A stretch of 64,000 bases of DNA from a bacterium (GTDB lineage: Bacteria > Patescibacteriota > Patescibacteriia > JAGPKW01), in the NCBI GenBank assembly GCA_021780535.1, contig JAJXYN010000009.1, positions 75,610-139,609 on the forward strand, written 5' to 3'. The notes under the pieces were generated by a model. That model saw only the letters and a program-made list of their open reading frames with translations. It was not told the DNA's origin and made no database searches. The first letter of the stretch is position 1; each line of letters starts with the position of its first letter. This document shows positions 48,301 through 57,653 of this stretch, one piece after another. Made by a program: the position numbers and the translations under genes.

Positions 48301-48993
48301 TTATAAATTTTTAGCTATTCCCTCAAACCCAGGATCTATCTTGGGCTTTTTTATAACTTGAATTATCTTACCGGAAACATAATAATCATCATAATCGTCA
48401 TAATGAATACATATAGGAGGATAATCTTTACTAGATTCTGAATAAAGTATTATTCTTTTATTTTTATCATCTCTAAAAAATTTTTTAATATTTGCAAATT
48501 GGTCTATCGTTGATAAAACATAATCATTATTTTCAGGTTCGTTAATACTTAAATCAACAACCACATAATCTCCTTCTTCTATATTATTCCCATTTACATT
48601 TGCCATATTCATAGAATCACCAACAGCTCTTATTACAAAAAGTCTTTTTATATCTTTATTGCCAATAATATTTTTTGATATTTTAAGATATCCCTCTATA
48701 TTCTCGTCAGCAAAAACTGTTGCAAAACCACAACTTGCAGAACCAACTATAGGCAATGATATTAAATTAGAATTTACATTTCTGTTTAATCCTCTATCTG
48801 CCTTAATTATTTTTTTATTAATTTTGTCAATATAAATCAATCCTTTTTTTTCTAATTGCAAAAGATGGTGTTTAACTTTTTGTGGATATTTTTCTTCTCC
48901 AATTTTTTTCCCTATCTCCCTGAGAGTTAAGCCATCAAATTCTTTTTTCTCTAAAAGTTTTAATATTTTTAATTGAAGATCGTGCATAATCAT
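48301..48993 (-). CDS. lexA: LexA repressor (S24 peptidase)
   Basis: N-terminal winged-helix DNA-binding region. C-terminal VIRAVGDSMNMANVN...GDYVVVD (Ser nucleophile in GDSM). Downstream Lys. Confidence 0.8.
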   Translation of the reverse strand: MIMHDLQLKILKLLEKKEFDGLTLREIGKKIGEEKYPQKVKHHLLQLEKKGLIYIDKINKKIIKADRGLNRNVNSNLISLPIVGSASCGFATVFADENIEGYLKISKNIIGNKDIKRLFVIRAVGDSMNMANVNGNNIEEGDYVVVDLSINEPENNDYVLSTIDQFANIKKFFRDDKNKRIILYSESSKDYPPICIHYDDYDDYYVSGKIIQVIKKPKIDPGFEGIAKNL

Positions 48994-49145
48994 ATAGTAT
49001 AAATGAATAATGAAGAGTAATAAATAAAAATATAATTAATTATATAACCAATACAAACAGAGATTATTATGCGGGATATAAATTAATTTCTCTACTTAAT
49101 AATTTAACCCCGCAAATTTTCTCCATAAAAAAGGCTACCTGTTTA

Positions 49146-49174
49146 ATTATATTTAATTAAAAAAATATTGTCAA
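49146..49174 (-). promoter_or_regulatory. Consensus sigma70 promoter pointing toward lexA
   Basis: The minus strand reads TTGACA-(17 nt)-TATAAT, about 145 nt upstream of the lexA ATG. The -35 box sits inside a 10-bp inverted repeat tattgtcaag-N15-cttgacaata (49166-49200). Confidence 0.45.
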
Positions 49175-49315
49175 GTTTTTATAATTTTTTCTTGACAATA
49201 CTTTAAATGTTGACAAAATCCTGATTTATAAATTTATTTATTTTATTATTATTTATACAATAATCTAATAATTCACTATTTTTAAGTTTAAATAACAAAT
49301 ATTCATCTTTTTAAA

Positions 49316-50413
49316 TTATAATTTGTTTGCGATAATACCACCACCAATAACTATATCATTATCATAGAAAACTATTGATTGCCCTGGTTGTATAGACATC
49401 TGCTTTTCTTTAAACATCACTTTAATCGATGTTTTATTAATCGGTATTATTTTACAATCAATAAAATTACCATGTGCTCTCATTTTAGCTTGAATATTAT
49501 CCATCTCATTATCAAGACTTTCTATGGATATAAAATTTAGGTCAACAGCTATAAGACCACTTGAATATAAATATTCTTTTGGACCAACCACTATTGTATT
49601 TGATTCTGCATCTATTTTTATTACATAAAAAATTTCTCCAGCTCCACCTAAATCCAATCCCTTTCTTTGACCTATTGTATAATTAACAATACCATCATGT
49701 TCTCCTATTACTACTCCATTTATATTTATAATATCCCCTTTTTTTATTTTTTTATCTTTAAAAAGAACTGCATAATCTTCTGCTTCTACGAAGTCTTGAC
49801 TCTCATCTTTTTCTGCATATTCTTTGAAACCAATTTCTGTTGCTAATTTTTTTAGATCCGTCTTTAAATATTCACCTATTGGAAATATTAAATTAGATAA
49901 TTGACCTTGTGTTAATTTATATAAAAAATATGATTGGTCTTTTTTTGGATCTATTGATTTTTTAATAAAATATCTACCAGTTTTTTCATTTTTGTCTATT
50001 CTCACATAGTGACCCGTTGCAAAATAATCAAATTTTATACCTGATTTTTTTGATTCTTCCAATAAATAGCCAAATTTAATTTTAGAATTACAAGCAATGC
50101 ATGGATTTGGAGTACTCCCATCTAAATAAGAATTACAAAAATAATCAACAACATTTTCTTTATATTGTTTTTTTAAATCAATAATATAATGCTTTATATC
50201 TATTTTTTGACAAGCTTTTTTAGCTTCTTCTATTTCTCTCTCTTCATTTGGCCCATAACATCCACTTTTTTCTGTTTCTGGCAAATTGGCTGTTTTATCA
50301 TAAATGCTCATTGTGACGCCTATGACTTCATACCCTTGTTGTTTCAATAAATAAGCGGACATTGTAGAATCTATACCTCCGCTCATTCCAACTGCTACTA
50401 TCTTTTTGTTCAT
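49316..50413 (-). CDS. mnmA: tRNA-specific 2-thiouridylase MnmA
   Basis: PP-loop VAVGMSGGIDSTMSA. Catalytic Cys residues. 365 aa. Confidence 0.9.
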   Translation of the reverse strand: MNKKIVAVGMSGGIDSTMSAYLLKQQGYEVIGVTMSIYDKTANLPETEKSGCYGPNEEREIEEAKKACQKIDIKHYIIDLKKQYKENVVDYFCNSYLDGSTPNPCIACNSKIKFGYLLEESKKSGIKFDYFATGHYVRIDKNEKTGRYFIKKSIDPKKDQSYFLYKLTQGQLSNLIFPIGEYLKTDLKKLATEIGFKEYAEKDESQDFVEAEDYAVLFKDKKIKKGDIININGVVIGEHDGIVNYTIGQRKGLDLGGAGEIFYVIKIDAESNTIVVGPKEYLYSSGLIAVDLNFISIESLDNEMDNIQAKMRAHGNFIDCKIIPINKTSIKVMFKEKQMSIQPGQSIVFYDNDIVIGGGIIANKL

Positions 50414-50437
50414 ATATAAACTTGTTTAATTAGAGTT

Positions 50438-50511
50438 TGGCTCCAGGACATGGATTCGAACCATGATGACAGGTTCCAGAGACCTGTGTCCTACCATTAG
50501 ACGATCCTGGA
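50438..50511 (-). tRNA. tRNA-Gln (anticodon CUG)
   Basis: 74 nt on the minus strand (tccaggatcgtctaatggtaggac...caggt-ctctgga-acctg...ggttcgaatcc...tcctggagcca). U1:A72 and discriminator G are typical of bacterial tRNA-Gln. Confidence 0.8.
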
Positions 50512-50536
50512 ATAATAAAGAATTATATATTAATAA

Positions 50537-50565
50537 TACAGACCAGGCAAGCCTGGTCTTTTTTA
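50537..50565. terminator. Palindromic hairpin terminator adjacent to tRNA-Gln and the 256-aa gene
   Basis: agaccaggc-aa-gcctggtct followed by tttttt on the plus strand. Confidence 0.45.
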
Positions 50566-51333
50566 TATATTATGTTTTATAACATCTAATATCTTTGTAT
50601 TATCTTCATCTGCTTCTATATCCTCTCTTATTATATCTATTGCTTCTGTTTTAGAAAAATTCTTTCTATATGGCTTATCTGATATTAAAGCAAAATATTT
50701 GTCCAATATCAATACTAATCTTGATATTTTACTTGCATTACACTTTTTCATATCAGATAGATAACATTCATTTATATTATTCTTTACATCTAAACATATA
50801 TCTAATATTTGTTTTTCAAATTTTAAAGTTTCTAAAATTTCTTTTGTATAAAATATTTGTTTTTCTAATATCAGTTTATCTCCATCTTCTAATATTACGT
50901 TTTTATCAAACAATATTTTTGGAATTAATAATTTTCCTATATTATGTACTCTAAACGCAACTTTAAATGTTTTCTCTTGTGATATTGGGTTCCCTATAAT
51001 TGTAAATGGATAATCTAATTCTTTTAATATTTTTTCTATAAGAAAATCAATATGAAGATATAAATTAATTTTTATAGATGGATCATATAAACATAAATAT
51101 TTAACTAAAACATTTGATTTAAATTCTATGTTTAAAAACATTTCATCAAATTTTTTAAGTAGTTCAAATGGTTCATCATTAATTTTTAAACCATTATCAT
51201 TAATTCTTTTTTCTTCTTTTTTTATTAATTCTAAAAAAATACTTGATAATTTACTTGTTGCTTCATTTTGTATCCACTCATATTTTATTTTTATTTTTTC
51301 TATAAAATAATTATTTTTATTATTTTCAGACAT
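50563..51333 (-). CDS. Hypothetical protein (256 aa)
   Basis: ORF only. Confidence 0.4.
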   Translation of the reverse strand: MSENNKNNYFIEKIKIKYEWIQNEATSKLSSIFLELIKKEEKRINDNGLKINDEPFELLKKFDEMFLNIEFKSNVLVKYLCLYDPSIKINLYLHIDFLIEKILKELDYPFTIIGNPISQEKTFKVAFRVHNIGKLLIPKILFDKNVILEDGDKLILEKQIFYTKEILETLKFEKQILDICLDVKNNINECYLSDMKKCNASKISRLVLILDKYFALISDKPYRKNFSKTEAIDIIREDIEADEDNTKILDVIKHNI

Positions 51334-51364
51334 ATTGATTTTTTAATTTTTATTTTAAAATATA

Positions 51365-51802
51365 TTATTTGTGATAAGATCTATTATTTAATATCATCAT
51401 AGACCTATATATTTGTTCTGTTAAAAATAATCTTGCCATCTCATGTGTAAACGTCATTTTAGATAAACATATTGTTTTATTTTCTTTTTTTATATTACTA
51501 GATAAGCCATTAGCACCACCAATGACAAAGCAAATATTTTCTTCTATTTTATTTATTAAATTTGAAAATTCTATTGAAGTTAAATCTTTTCCATGCTCAT
51601 CTAATATAAATACGTTTTTTATTTTTTCCTCTTTTATTTTCTGATTTACAAGCTCTGTATCTTCAATTATTCCTCTATCTTTTAGTTCTATTATTTCAAA
51701 TCCACAAAAAGGTTTTATTCTCTTTGTAAATTCATCACATAATTCTTTTATGTTATTTTCTTTTATTTTTCCTATACAAATTATTTTTATTTTTGAGACC
51801 AT
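51365..51802 (-). CDS. rlmH: 23S rRNA (pseudouridine1915-N3)-methyltransferase RlmH (SPOUT)
   Basis: 145 aa. ...FVIGGANGLS...LSKMTFTHEMARLFLTEQIYRSMMILNNRSYH matches the RlmH/YbeA C-terminal signature. Confidence 0.8.
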   Translation of the reverse strand: MVSKIKIICIGKIKENNIKELCDEFTKRIKPFCGFEIIELKDRGIIEDTELVNQKIKEEKIKNVFILDEHGKDLTSIEFSNLINKIEENICFVIGGANGLSSNIKKENKTICLSKMTFTHEMARLFLTEQIYRSMMILNNRSYHK

Positions 51803-52305
51803 TTTATTTCTTTTATGCTAAATATTATAAACCCTATAATTATAAACACATCTGATAAATTGAAAACATTTATATTGAGAACATTCACATAATCTATTAC
51901 ATAACCAAATTTTATTCTATCAATAATATTAGAAATCGTACCAACAAAAACTAGTAATAATGAAAAATTAAGAATGAAAAATGAATTGTTATTTTTATTT
52001 TTTACAATAAAATAAATTATAAAAAGTATTAATATTATTATACTTATTATTAAAGCTACTAGATTTCCTGTTGGCAATGAAAATGCTATATTTTCATTTT
52101 TAAAATAATCTAACTTTATTATATTTTCTATACCAATTATTTTATCTTGGAAAAAATTATGTTGCGATAAAATTTTTAATAATCTATCAATAGAAAATAA
52201 AAAAAGTCCGCACAAAATAAAAATAACATTTTTAATTATAGGACTTTTAATAATTTTCATCTTTATATTAAATCTTTTTCTTTTTTTATTTGACAAGAAG
52301 AACAA
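51787..52305 (-). CDS. lspA: Lipoprotein signal peptidase II
   Basis: Four TM helices. NENIAFS (NxGxAFS) and FNLSDVFI (FNxAD) motifs. Confidence 0.7.
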   Translation of the reverse strand: MFFLSNKKRKRFNIKMKIIKSPIIKNVIFILCGLFLFSIDRLLKILSQHNFFQDKIIGIENIIKLDYFKNENIAFSLPTGNLVALIISIIILILFIIYFIVKNKNNNSFFILNFSLLLVFVGTISNIIDRIKFGYVIDYVNVLNINVFNLSDVFIIIGFIIFSIKEIKWSQK

Positions 52306-52631
52306 AGAGTAGCTTCTGGGTTAAATTTTAATCTATTCTCTTCAATTAAACCGCCACATGATTCGCATTTTCCATAGCTTCCACTTTCAGTTCTATCTAT
52401 TGCCTTATCTATTGCTTGCAATTCTGAGCTCAATGTATCTAGTAAAGACTTATTTTGCATTTCATCTTCTATCTCATCTGAATTTTCTTCATCAGAGTTA
52501 CCATATTCTTCATGAATTACTTCATATTCTCCCTCTTGATTCTTTTTAGCAAATTTAGAAATTTGAGAAACGATTTGTTCTCTTTTGGCCTTCAAAATTT
52601 CTTTAAATTTTTTTATTAAATCTTTGGTCAT
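52263..52631 (-). CDS. DksA/TraR-family C4 zinc-finger protein
   Basis: Acidic coiled-coil N-terminus. C-terminal CESCGGLIEENRLKFNPEATLCSSCQ. Confidence 0.7.
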   Translation of the reverse strand: MTKDLIKKFKEILKAKREQIVSQISKFAKKNQEGEYEVIHEEYGNSDEENSDEIEDEMQNKSLLDTLSSELQAIDKAIDRTESGSYGKCESCGGLIEENRLKFNPEATLCSSCQIKKEKDLI

Positions 52632-52708
52632 TTTTTTGCTTTACTTGTTTAATTTGAACTATTTTACCAAGTAAATAATGTTTAGTAAATAGTAAATTAA
52701 AATGTTTA

Positions 52709-54103
52709 TTATTTTATAATAATATTTAAATTATTTTGTTTAATATTAGCTATAATATTCACATTAAGATTGTTTAAAATGAGTGAATATTCATTAAATT
52801 TATTATAAACATTTGATATCATTTCTTCATTATTAGAAACTAATAATATCCCATCTTTACTCATCATTGAATAATATAATTTAAAATTCCCATAATCTAA
52901 ATATTTAATAATATAATTTATGTTATTTTGCGATATTTCTTTTGTTTCAAATTTTATATTTGAACTATTTGATATCTCTTCTTTTGCTTTAGTACCATCT
53001 GGTAAAACAATTTCATTTAAGCTAGGATTTTTTGAAGATAATTTCATTAAAAATGCATTCTCTAATCCATTAATATCATCTATATAATTATTAAAATCTC
53101 CTAGTTTTGTTAATATCAAAAAACTATCTATATTATTTAAATTTATATCCGAATCTTTGAAATTTATAAATAAATTACTATTATTTGAAAATATTTTTTT
53201 TATACTATCTACACTAAACCCGTCTTCTGATATATTTTTGAATAAATAATTTAGATTTTCACTTGTTGATATATTTTCATTTTTGTATTTTTCTATAAAA
53301 GATAAAATTAAATTTGAAATATTTATATTGTTAATAATTAAATAATTATCTTTTAGATAACTTGTACCATAATTATTTAACACACTATCCTCAGTTTTTA
53401 AATTTGATGCAGAAATATTAAATTTATCATTTATCAATTTAATTCCAATTAAAGAATAATCTTTTGTAAAATAATTACCTGTATAATTGTTTGATATGTT
53501 TTTAATAATATTATTTAGATAAGCAGAGTCTGCATAAATTTTTAATAAATTTTGATTTAATAAAAATGAAAATTCTTTTTCTAAAATTAATTTTTTATAA
53601 TTATTAATAAAAAATTTGTATTTATTTAAAACTAAATTTTCTGCATCATTGTTATTATTGTTAGTTGTTAAAATAACATATTTATCAAGTTTGTATGATT
53701 TTAAATTTAAATTTAAATTTGTATATTTATTAATTTCTTCAGAGAAAGTTTTACCATCTATATTATATACATTTTTTTTAAATAATTTTTCTTTAAATAT
53801 AATATAAAAATTATTATCTTCTGTTATAAAAAAACTTACTTTATTTATATAATCTGATTTTATTTTTTTAAACTCATTATTCTCTAATATTTTATTTATA
53901 CTTATATTTTTTAAACTAAATATTTTTCTTGCATCTTCTTCTTTAATTTTTTGGTTTATATTTATTAGGGCGTATATTTTTGTGTTTTCTGGTGCGAATT
54001 TTATAAATGGATCATTTATGAAAACAAAAAACAAAAAACAAAAAACAAAAATAGATACTAATAAAATAGAAATATAAATTGTTAATTTTGTTTTTAATTT
54101 CAT
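52709..54103 (-). CDS. Asn-rich membrane-anchored hypothetical protein (464 aa)
   Basis: N-terminal TM helix (ISILLVSIFVFCFLFFVFI). Low-complexity Asn/Lys/Ile-rich ectodomain. Confidence 0.4.
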   Translation of the reverse strand: MKLKTKLTIYISILLVSIFVFCFLFFVFINDPFIKFAPENTKIYALININQKIKEEDARKIFSLKNISINKILENNEFKKIKSDYINKVSFFITEDNNFYIIFKEKLFKKNVYNIDGKTFSEEINKYTNLNLNLKSYKLDKYVILTTNNNNNDAENLVLNKYKFFINNYKKLILEKEFSFLLNQNLLKIYADSAYLNNIIKNISNNYTGNYFTKDYSLIGIKLINDKFNISASNLKTEDSVLNNYGTSYLKDNYLIINNINISNLILSFIEKYKNENISTSENLNYLFKNISEDGFSVDSIKKIFSNNSNLFINFKDSDINLNNIDSFLILTKLGDFNNYIDDINGLENAFLMKLSSKNPSLNEIVLPDGTKAKEEISNSSNIKFETKEISQNNINYIIKYLDYGNFKLYYSMMSKDGILLVSNNEEMISNVYNKFNEYSLILNNLNVNIIANIKQNNLNIIIK

Positions 54104-54200
54104 TAGTTTATGTAGTTTTATTAGTTGATTAGTTTATTATACAATATTATTATCTTTTTTTAAATAAAATATACCGCATTTTATTGCGATATATTTACAT

Positions 54201-56429
54201 TTATTTTATTTCTGGTTTATCTGTTTGTTTGGGTTTATATAAGAAATCTTCTTTTGTTTCTTGTTTATCAGTAAAAACTGGTTTTTTCTCTTCAAATTTT
54301 GGTTTTTCTTTTAAAGCTTTTATTGAAAGACCTAGTTTTCCCATTGGATCTTTTTCCATTATTTTTACATTAACAATATCACCTAATTTAACAACATCTT
54401 CAACCCTTGCAACTCTTTTCCAATCTAATTCTGAAATATGAACCATTCCATCTTGATTTGGAGAAAGTTCTACTATAGCACCGAATGCCATAATTCTAAC
54501 AACCTTACCCTTTACTATTTCACCAACTTCAAATTCTCTTGTTATATTCTTAATCCACTCTATAGCCTGCTTCATACCATCTGGATTTTTTGATGTTATA
54601 TATACAGAACCATCATCTTGTATATCTATAGAAACACCTGTTGTTTCTATTATCTCCTTTATAACTTTTCCACCTGGACCAATAACATCTTTTATTTTAT
54701 CTGTATCAATTTTAAACATCTCTATTCTTGGAGCATATTTAGATAATTCTTTATTAGGTCCTTTTATAACTGATTCTAATACATCTAATATTTTATATCT
54801 TGCTCTTTGAGCTTTTCCTAGTGCGTCTTCTACAATTTCCATCGTAAGTCCATTTGTTTTTGTATCCATCTGTATAGCTGTAACTCCATCTCTTGTACCA
54901 CCTACTTTAAAATCCATTCCGCCCAATCCATCTTCCATATCTTGAAGATCTGTGAATGTTTTCCAATTACCTTCTAAATCTTGTGCCATACCTATAGCAA
55001 TTCCTGCTACGTGTTTCTTGATTGGAACTCCAGCATCCATAAGAGATAATGTTGAGCCACAAATAGATGCCATTGAAGATGATCCATTTGATCCCATAAC
55101 CTCAGAAACAACTCTTATTGTATATGGAAAATCTTCTTCTTTTGGCAAAACTGACTCTAAAGCTTTTTCAGCAAGAGCACCGTGACCAATAGCTCTTCTA
55201 CCTAAACTTCTCAAAGGAGCTGCTTCCCCGTAAGAGAATGGTGCATCATTATAATGGTGCATATATTTCTTTTTCACTTCTTCTTCCATTCCATCTATAA
55301 TTTGCTCATCTCCTGGAGATCCTAATGTGACTATTGATAATACTTGAGTTTCTCCTCTTTGGAATATTGCTGAACCGTGAGTTCTAGGCAATAAAGAAGT
55401 TTCTCCACTTAATGGTCTTATATCTTCAATACCTCTTCCATCAACTCTTTTGTTTAATTTTAATATAGCTAGAGATACTTGTTCTTCTATAAAATCTCCA
55501 AATAAATTTTCTAATATCTTTTCTGATGAAATATTTGAATCTTCTTTTATTTCTTTATTTAAAAACTCCTTAGTTTCTTTCTCTAGATTTGAAAGAATTT
55601 CTTTTCTTTGTCTTTTAGTGCCTACTGGAATATTAAATAAATATTTTTCAAGCAAAGGAATCATAAATTCTTTTGCTTTATTTTCAATATTTTTTTCATC
55701 TTCTGTTAGTTCTTCCTGACAAAGAAACTTCTCGTCTTGTTTTGTTTTACCTATTTCTTTTCTTATAGAATTTAAAAAATCAACAATTGGCTTCATTTCA
55801 GACATTGATTTAACAAATGCTTTTTTAAGAACATCTTCTGGAATTTCTTTACCTTCCATCTCTATCATTAATACTTTTTCTCCGGTTCCTGAAACTATTA
55901 AATCTAACAAAGATGTTTTTCTTTGCTCATATGTTGGATTTATTATAAAAGTATTTCCATCATATCCTAATCTTACTCCCGCTATTGGGCCATTGAATGG
56001 AATGTCTGATATATGCAAAGCTGCTGATGCTGCTATTATACCTAGCATATCAGCATCATTATCTTCATCTAAAGATAGGACTGTAACTATAACTTGTACA
56101 TCATATCTCATTTTTTGATTAAATAATGGCCTCAACCCTCTATCTATAAGTCTCCCAGTAAGAATTGCTTCATCTCCAGCCCTACCTTCTCTTTTCATAA
56201 ACTTTGATCCCTTTATTTTACCTGCTGCATACATTTTTTCTTCAAATTCAATCATTAATGGGAAAAAATCTGTATTTCTTTTTTCTTTTCCAATAACTGC
56301 AGTTGCTAAAACAACAGTATCTCCATATCTAACAGTACAACTTGCATTTGTTTGATGAGCAAGCTTACCAAACTGTATTTCTAAATCTCTCCCTGCATAC
56401 TGTATCTTAAATGTTTTTAAATCGTTCAT
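54201..56429 (-). CDS. pnp: Polyribonucleotide nucleotidyltransferase (PNPase)
   Basis: 742 aa. Two RNase PH-like domains, KH domain, C-terminal S1 (GEIVKGKVVRIMAFGAIVEL). Confidence 0.93.
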   Translation of the reverse strand: MNDLKTFKIQYAGRDLEIQFGKLAHQTNASCTVRYGDTVVLATAVIGKEKRNTDFFPLMIEFEEKMYAAGKIKGSKFMKREGRAGDEAILTGRLIDRGLRPLFNQKMRYDVQVIVTVLSLDEDNDADMLGIIAASAALHISDIPFNGPIAGVRLGYDGNTFIINPTYEQRKTSLLDLIVSGTGEKVLMIEMEGKEIPEDVLKKAFVKSMSEMKPIVDFLNSIRKEIGKTKQDEKFLCQEELTEDEKNIENKAKEFMIPLLEKYLFNIPVGTKRQRKEILSNLEKETKEFLNKEIKEDSNISSEKILENLFGDFIEEQVSLAILKLNKRVDGRGIEDIRPLSGETSLLPRTHGSAIFQRGETQVLSIVTLGSPGDEQIIDGMEEEVKKKYMHHYNDAPFSYGEAAPLRSLGRRAIGHGALAEKALESVLPKEEDFPYTIRVVSEVMGSNGSSSMASICGSTLSLMDAGVPIKKHVAGIAIGMAQDLEGNWKTFTDLQDMEDGLGGMDFKVGGTRDGVTAIQMDTKTNGLTMEIVEDALGKAQRARYKILDVLESVIKGPNKELSKYAPRIEMFKIDTDKIKDVIGPGGKVIKEIIETTGVSIDIQDDGSVYITSKNPDGMKQAIEWIKNITREFEVGEIVKGKVVRIMAFGAIVELSPNQDGMVHISELDWKRVARVEDVVKLGDIVNVKIMEKDPMGKLGLSIKALKEKPKFEEKKPVFTDKQETKEDFLYKPKQTDKPEIK

Positions 56430-56449
56430 TTTTTTACCTTTCTTCTAAT

Positions 56450-56498
56450 AAACAGATTTTAGACTAGAAAATTGTTTTACAGTCTATGATCTGTTTAT
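56450..56498 (-). promoter_or_regulatory. pnp 5'-leader hairpin (candidate RNase III autoregulatory site)
   Basis: Long interrupted hairpin taaacagat[tagact-...-agtcta]atctgttta lying between the rpsO terminator and the pnp start. Confidence 0.4.
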
Positions 56499-56524
56499 TA
56501 AAATAATTTTAGTTAATTAATTAT

Positions 56525-56561
56525 CAACAAATAAAGGAACGTGCCAAAATTAGCACGTTCC
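56525..56561 (-). terminator. rpsO intrinsic terminator/attenuator
   Basis: ggaacgtgc-taatttt-ggcacgttcc followed by tttatttgtt on the minus strand, directly after the rpsO stop. Confidence 0.6.
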
Positions 56562-56573
56562 AACATGTTATAC

Positions 56574-56879
56574 TTAAGCCTTTGGTAACTCTTCCATTTC
56601 TGTAGTTCCCAATGTTTTATCTGCTTCAATTTTCTTCATTAAAGCATCAAATCTTTCTTGAGATTCTTTTCTTAGTTCTTTTAGAAATCTTCTTCTTTGT
56701 GCAACTTTTCTAATAAGACCTCTTTTTGATGAGAAATCTTTTTTATGTTGCTTTAAATGCTCTGCAATATCATCAATTTCTGCTATTAAAATAGCAATTT
56801 GAACTTCAAAAGATCCTGTATCATTTGTATGGATAGCATATCTTTTTATTATTTGAGCTTTTAATTCTGGGTTTAACAT
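56574..56879 (-). CDS. rpsO: 30S ribosomal protein S15
   Basis: MLNPELKAQIIKRYAIHTNDTGSFEVQIAILIAEI...LIRKVAQRRRFLKELRK is the S15 signature. Short C-terminal extension. Confidence 0.9.
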   Translation of the reverse strand: MLNPELKAQIIKRYAIHTNDTGSFEVQIAILIAEIDDIAEHLKQHKKDFSSKRGLIRKVAQRRRFLKELRKESQERFDALMKKIEADKTLGTTEMEELPKA

Positions 56880-57252
56880 ATTATTTTATCCTTTCTTATA
56901 TCTAAGCATTGGTTGCTCGTTCCAAGAGCCGAGATATGGATTAATTACTTATTAAATACTTGAATAAATATAACTTTTTTTTTATTAAAAGTCAATATTA
57001 TAAATAGTTTATAGTTTATATTTTAATAAATTTATAGAAATACAAACCTGTGTATAACTTATTAGCGTAAAATCAATGTTTGTATTTTTTTATCCTAATA
57101 TTAGCTATAAAAAATATAAAACTTTAAACCCTTTATGGTATTAGCTTTTATATTGTTGATGATTTTAAAAAGTGATATATTAGTATTATAAAGATACGAA
57201 AAGGTCGTATTTATAACCGTCTAATTTAGACAGAAAGGTAAGGTGAAAAATT

Positions 57253-57525
57253 ATGAACAAAGCTGATTTAATCAATGCTATAGCTAAAGAAGCTGAAATA
57301 TCAAAGAAATCTTCAGAAGTTGCTTTGAATACTTTTATGGCTACTGTTACTAAAGCATTAAAAAAAGGTGATTCTGTTGTGTTAACAGGTTTTGGTACTT
57401 TCTCTACAATGAAGAGAAAAGCTAGAATCGGTAGAAATCCACAAACTGGCTCAGAAATTAAGATCCCAGCTAAAACTGCTCCTAAATTCAAACCAGGTAA
57501 AGCTTTAAAGGATTCTGTTAAATAA
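57253..57525 (+). CDS. hup: DNA-binding protein HU
   Basis: MNKADLINAIAKEAEISKK...GFGTFSTMKRKARIGRNPQTGSEIKIPAKTAPKFKPGKALKD is the canonical HU fold with the arm. Confidence 0.92.
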   Translation: MNKADLINAIAKEAEISKKSSEVALNTFMATVTKALKKGDSVVLTGFGTFSTMKRKARIGRNPQTGSEIKIPAKTAPKFKPGKALKDSVK

Positions 57526-57559
57526 TAGAGTTCTCTGTCGTTCACGACAAAATCAAAAA

Positions 57560-57588
57560 GTCCACAAAGTAATTTGTGGGTTTTTTGA
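57560..57588 (+). terminator. Intrinsic terminator after hup
   Basis: ccacaaa-gtaa-tttgtgg followed by gtttttt. Confidence 0.6.
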
Positions 57589-57653
57589 TTGTAAAAATAG
57601 AAAAAATGCTGTAAATTATTAACAATATATTAAAAATTTAAATTTATTTATTT

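Noticed and set aside
54030-54062. (aaaaac)4-5 microsatellite
   Set aside because: It lies inside the 5' coding region of the 464-aa membrane protein (encoding FFVFCFLFFVF on the minus strand). It is a simple low-complexity repeat and not a CRISPR or regulatory array.
57186-57545. 119-aa ORF on the minus strand
   Set aside because: It lies entirely antisense to the HU gene (57253..57525), which has an unmistakable HU sequence. It is a spurious shadow ORF.
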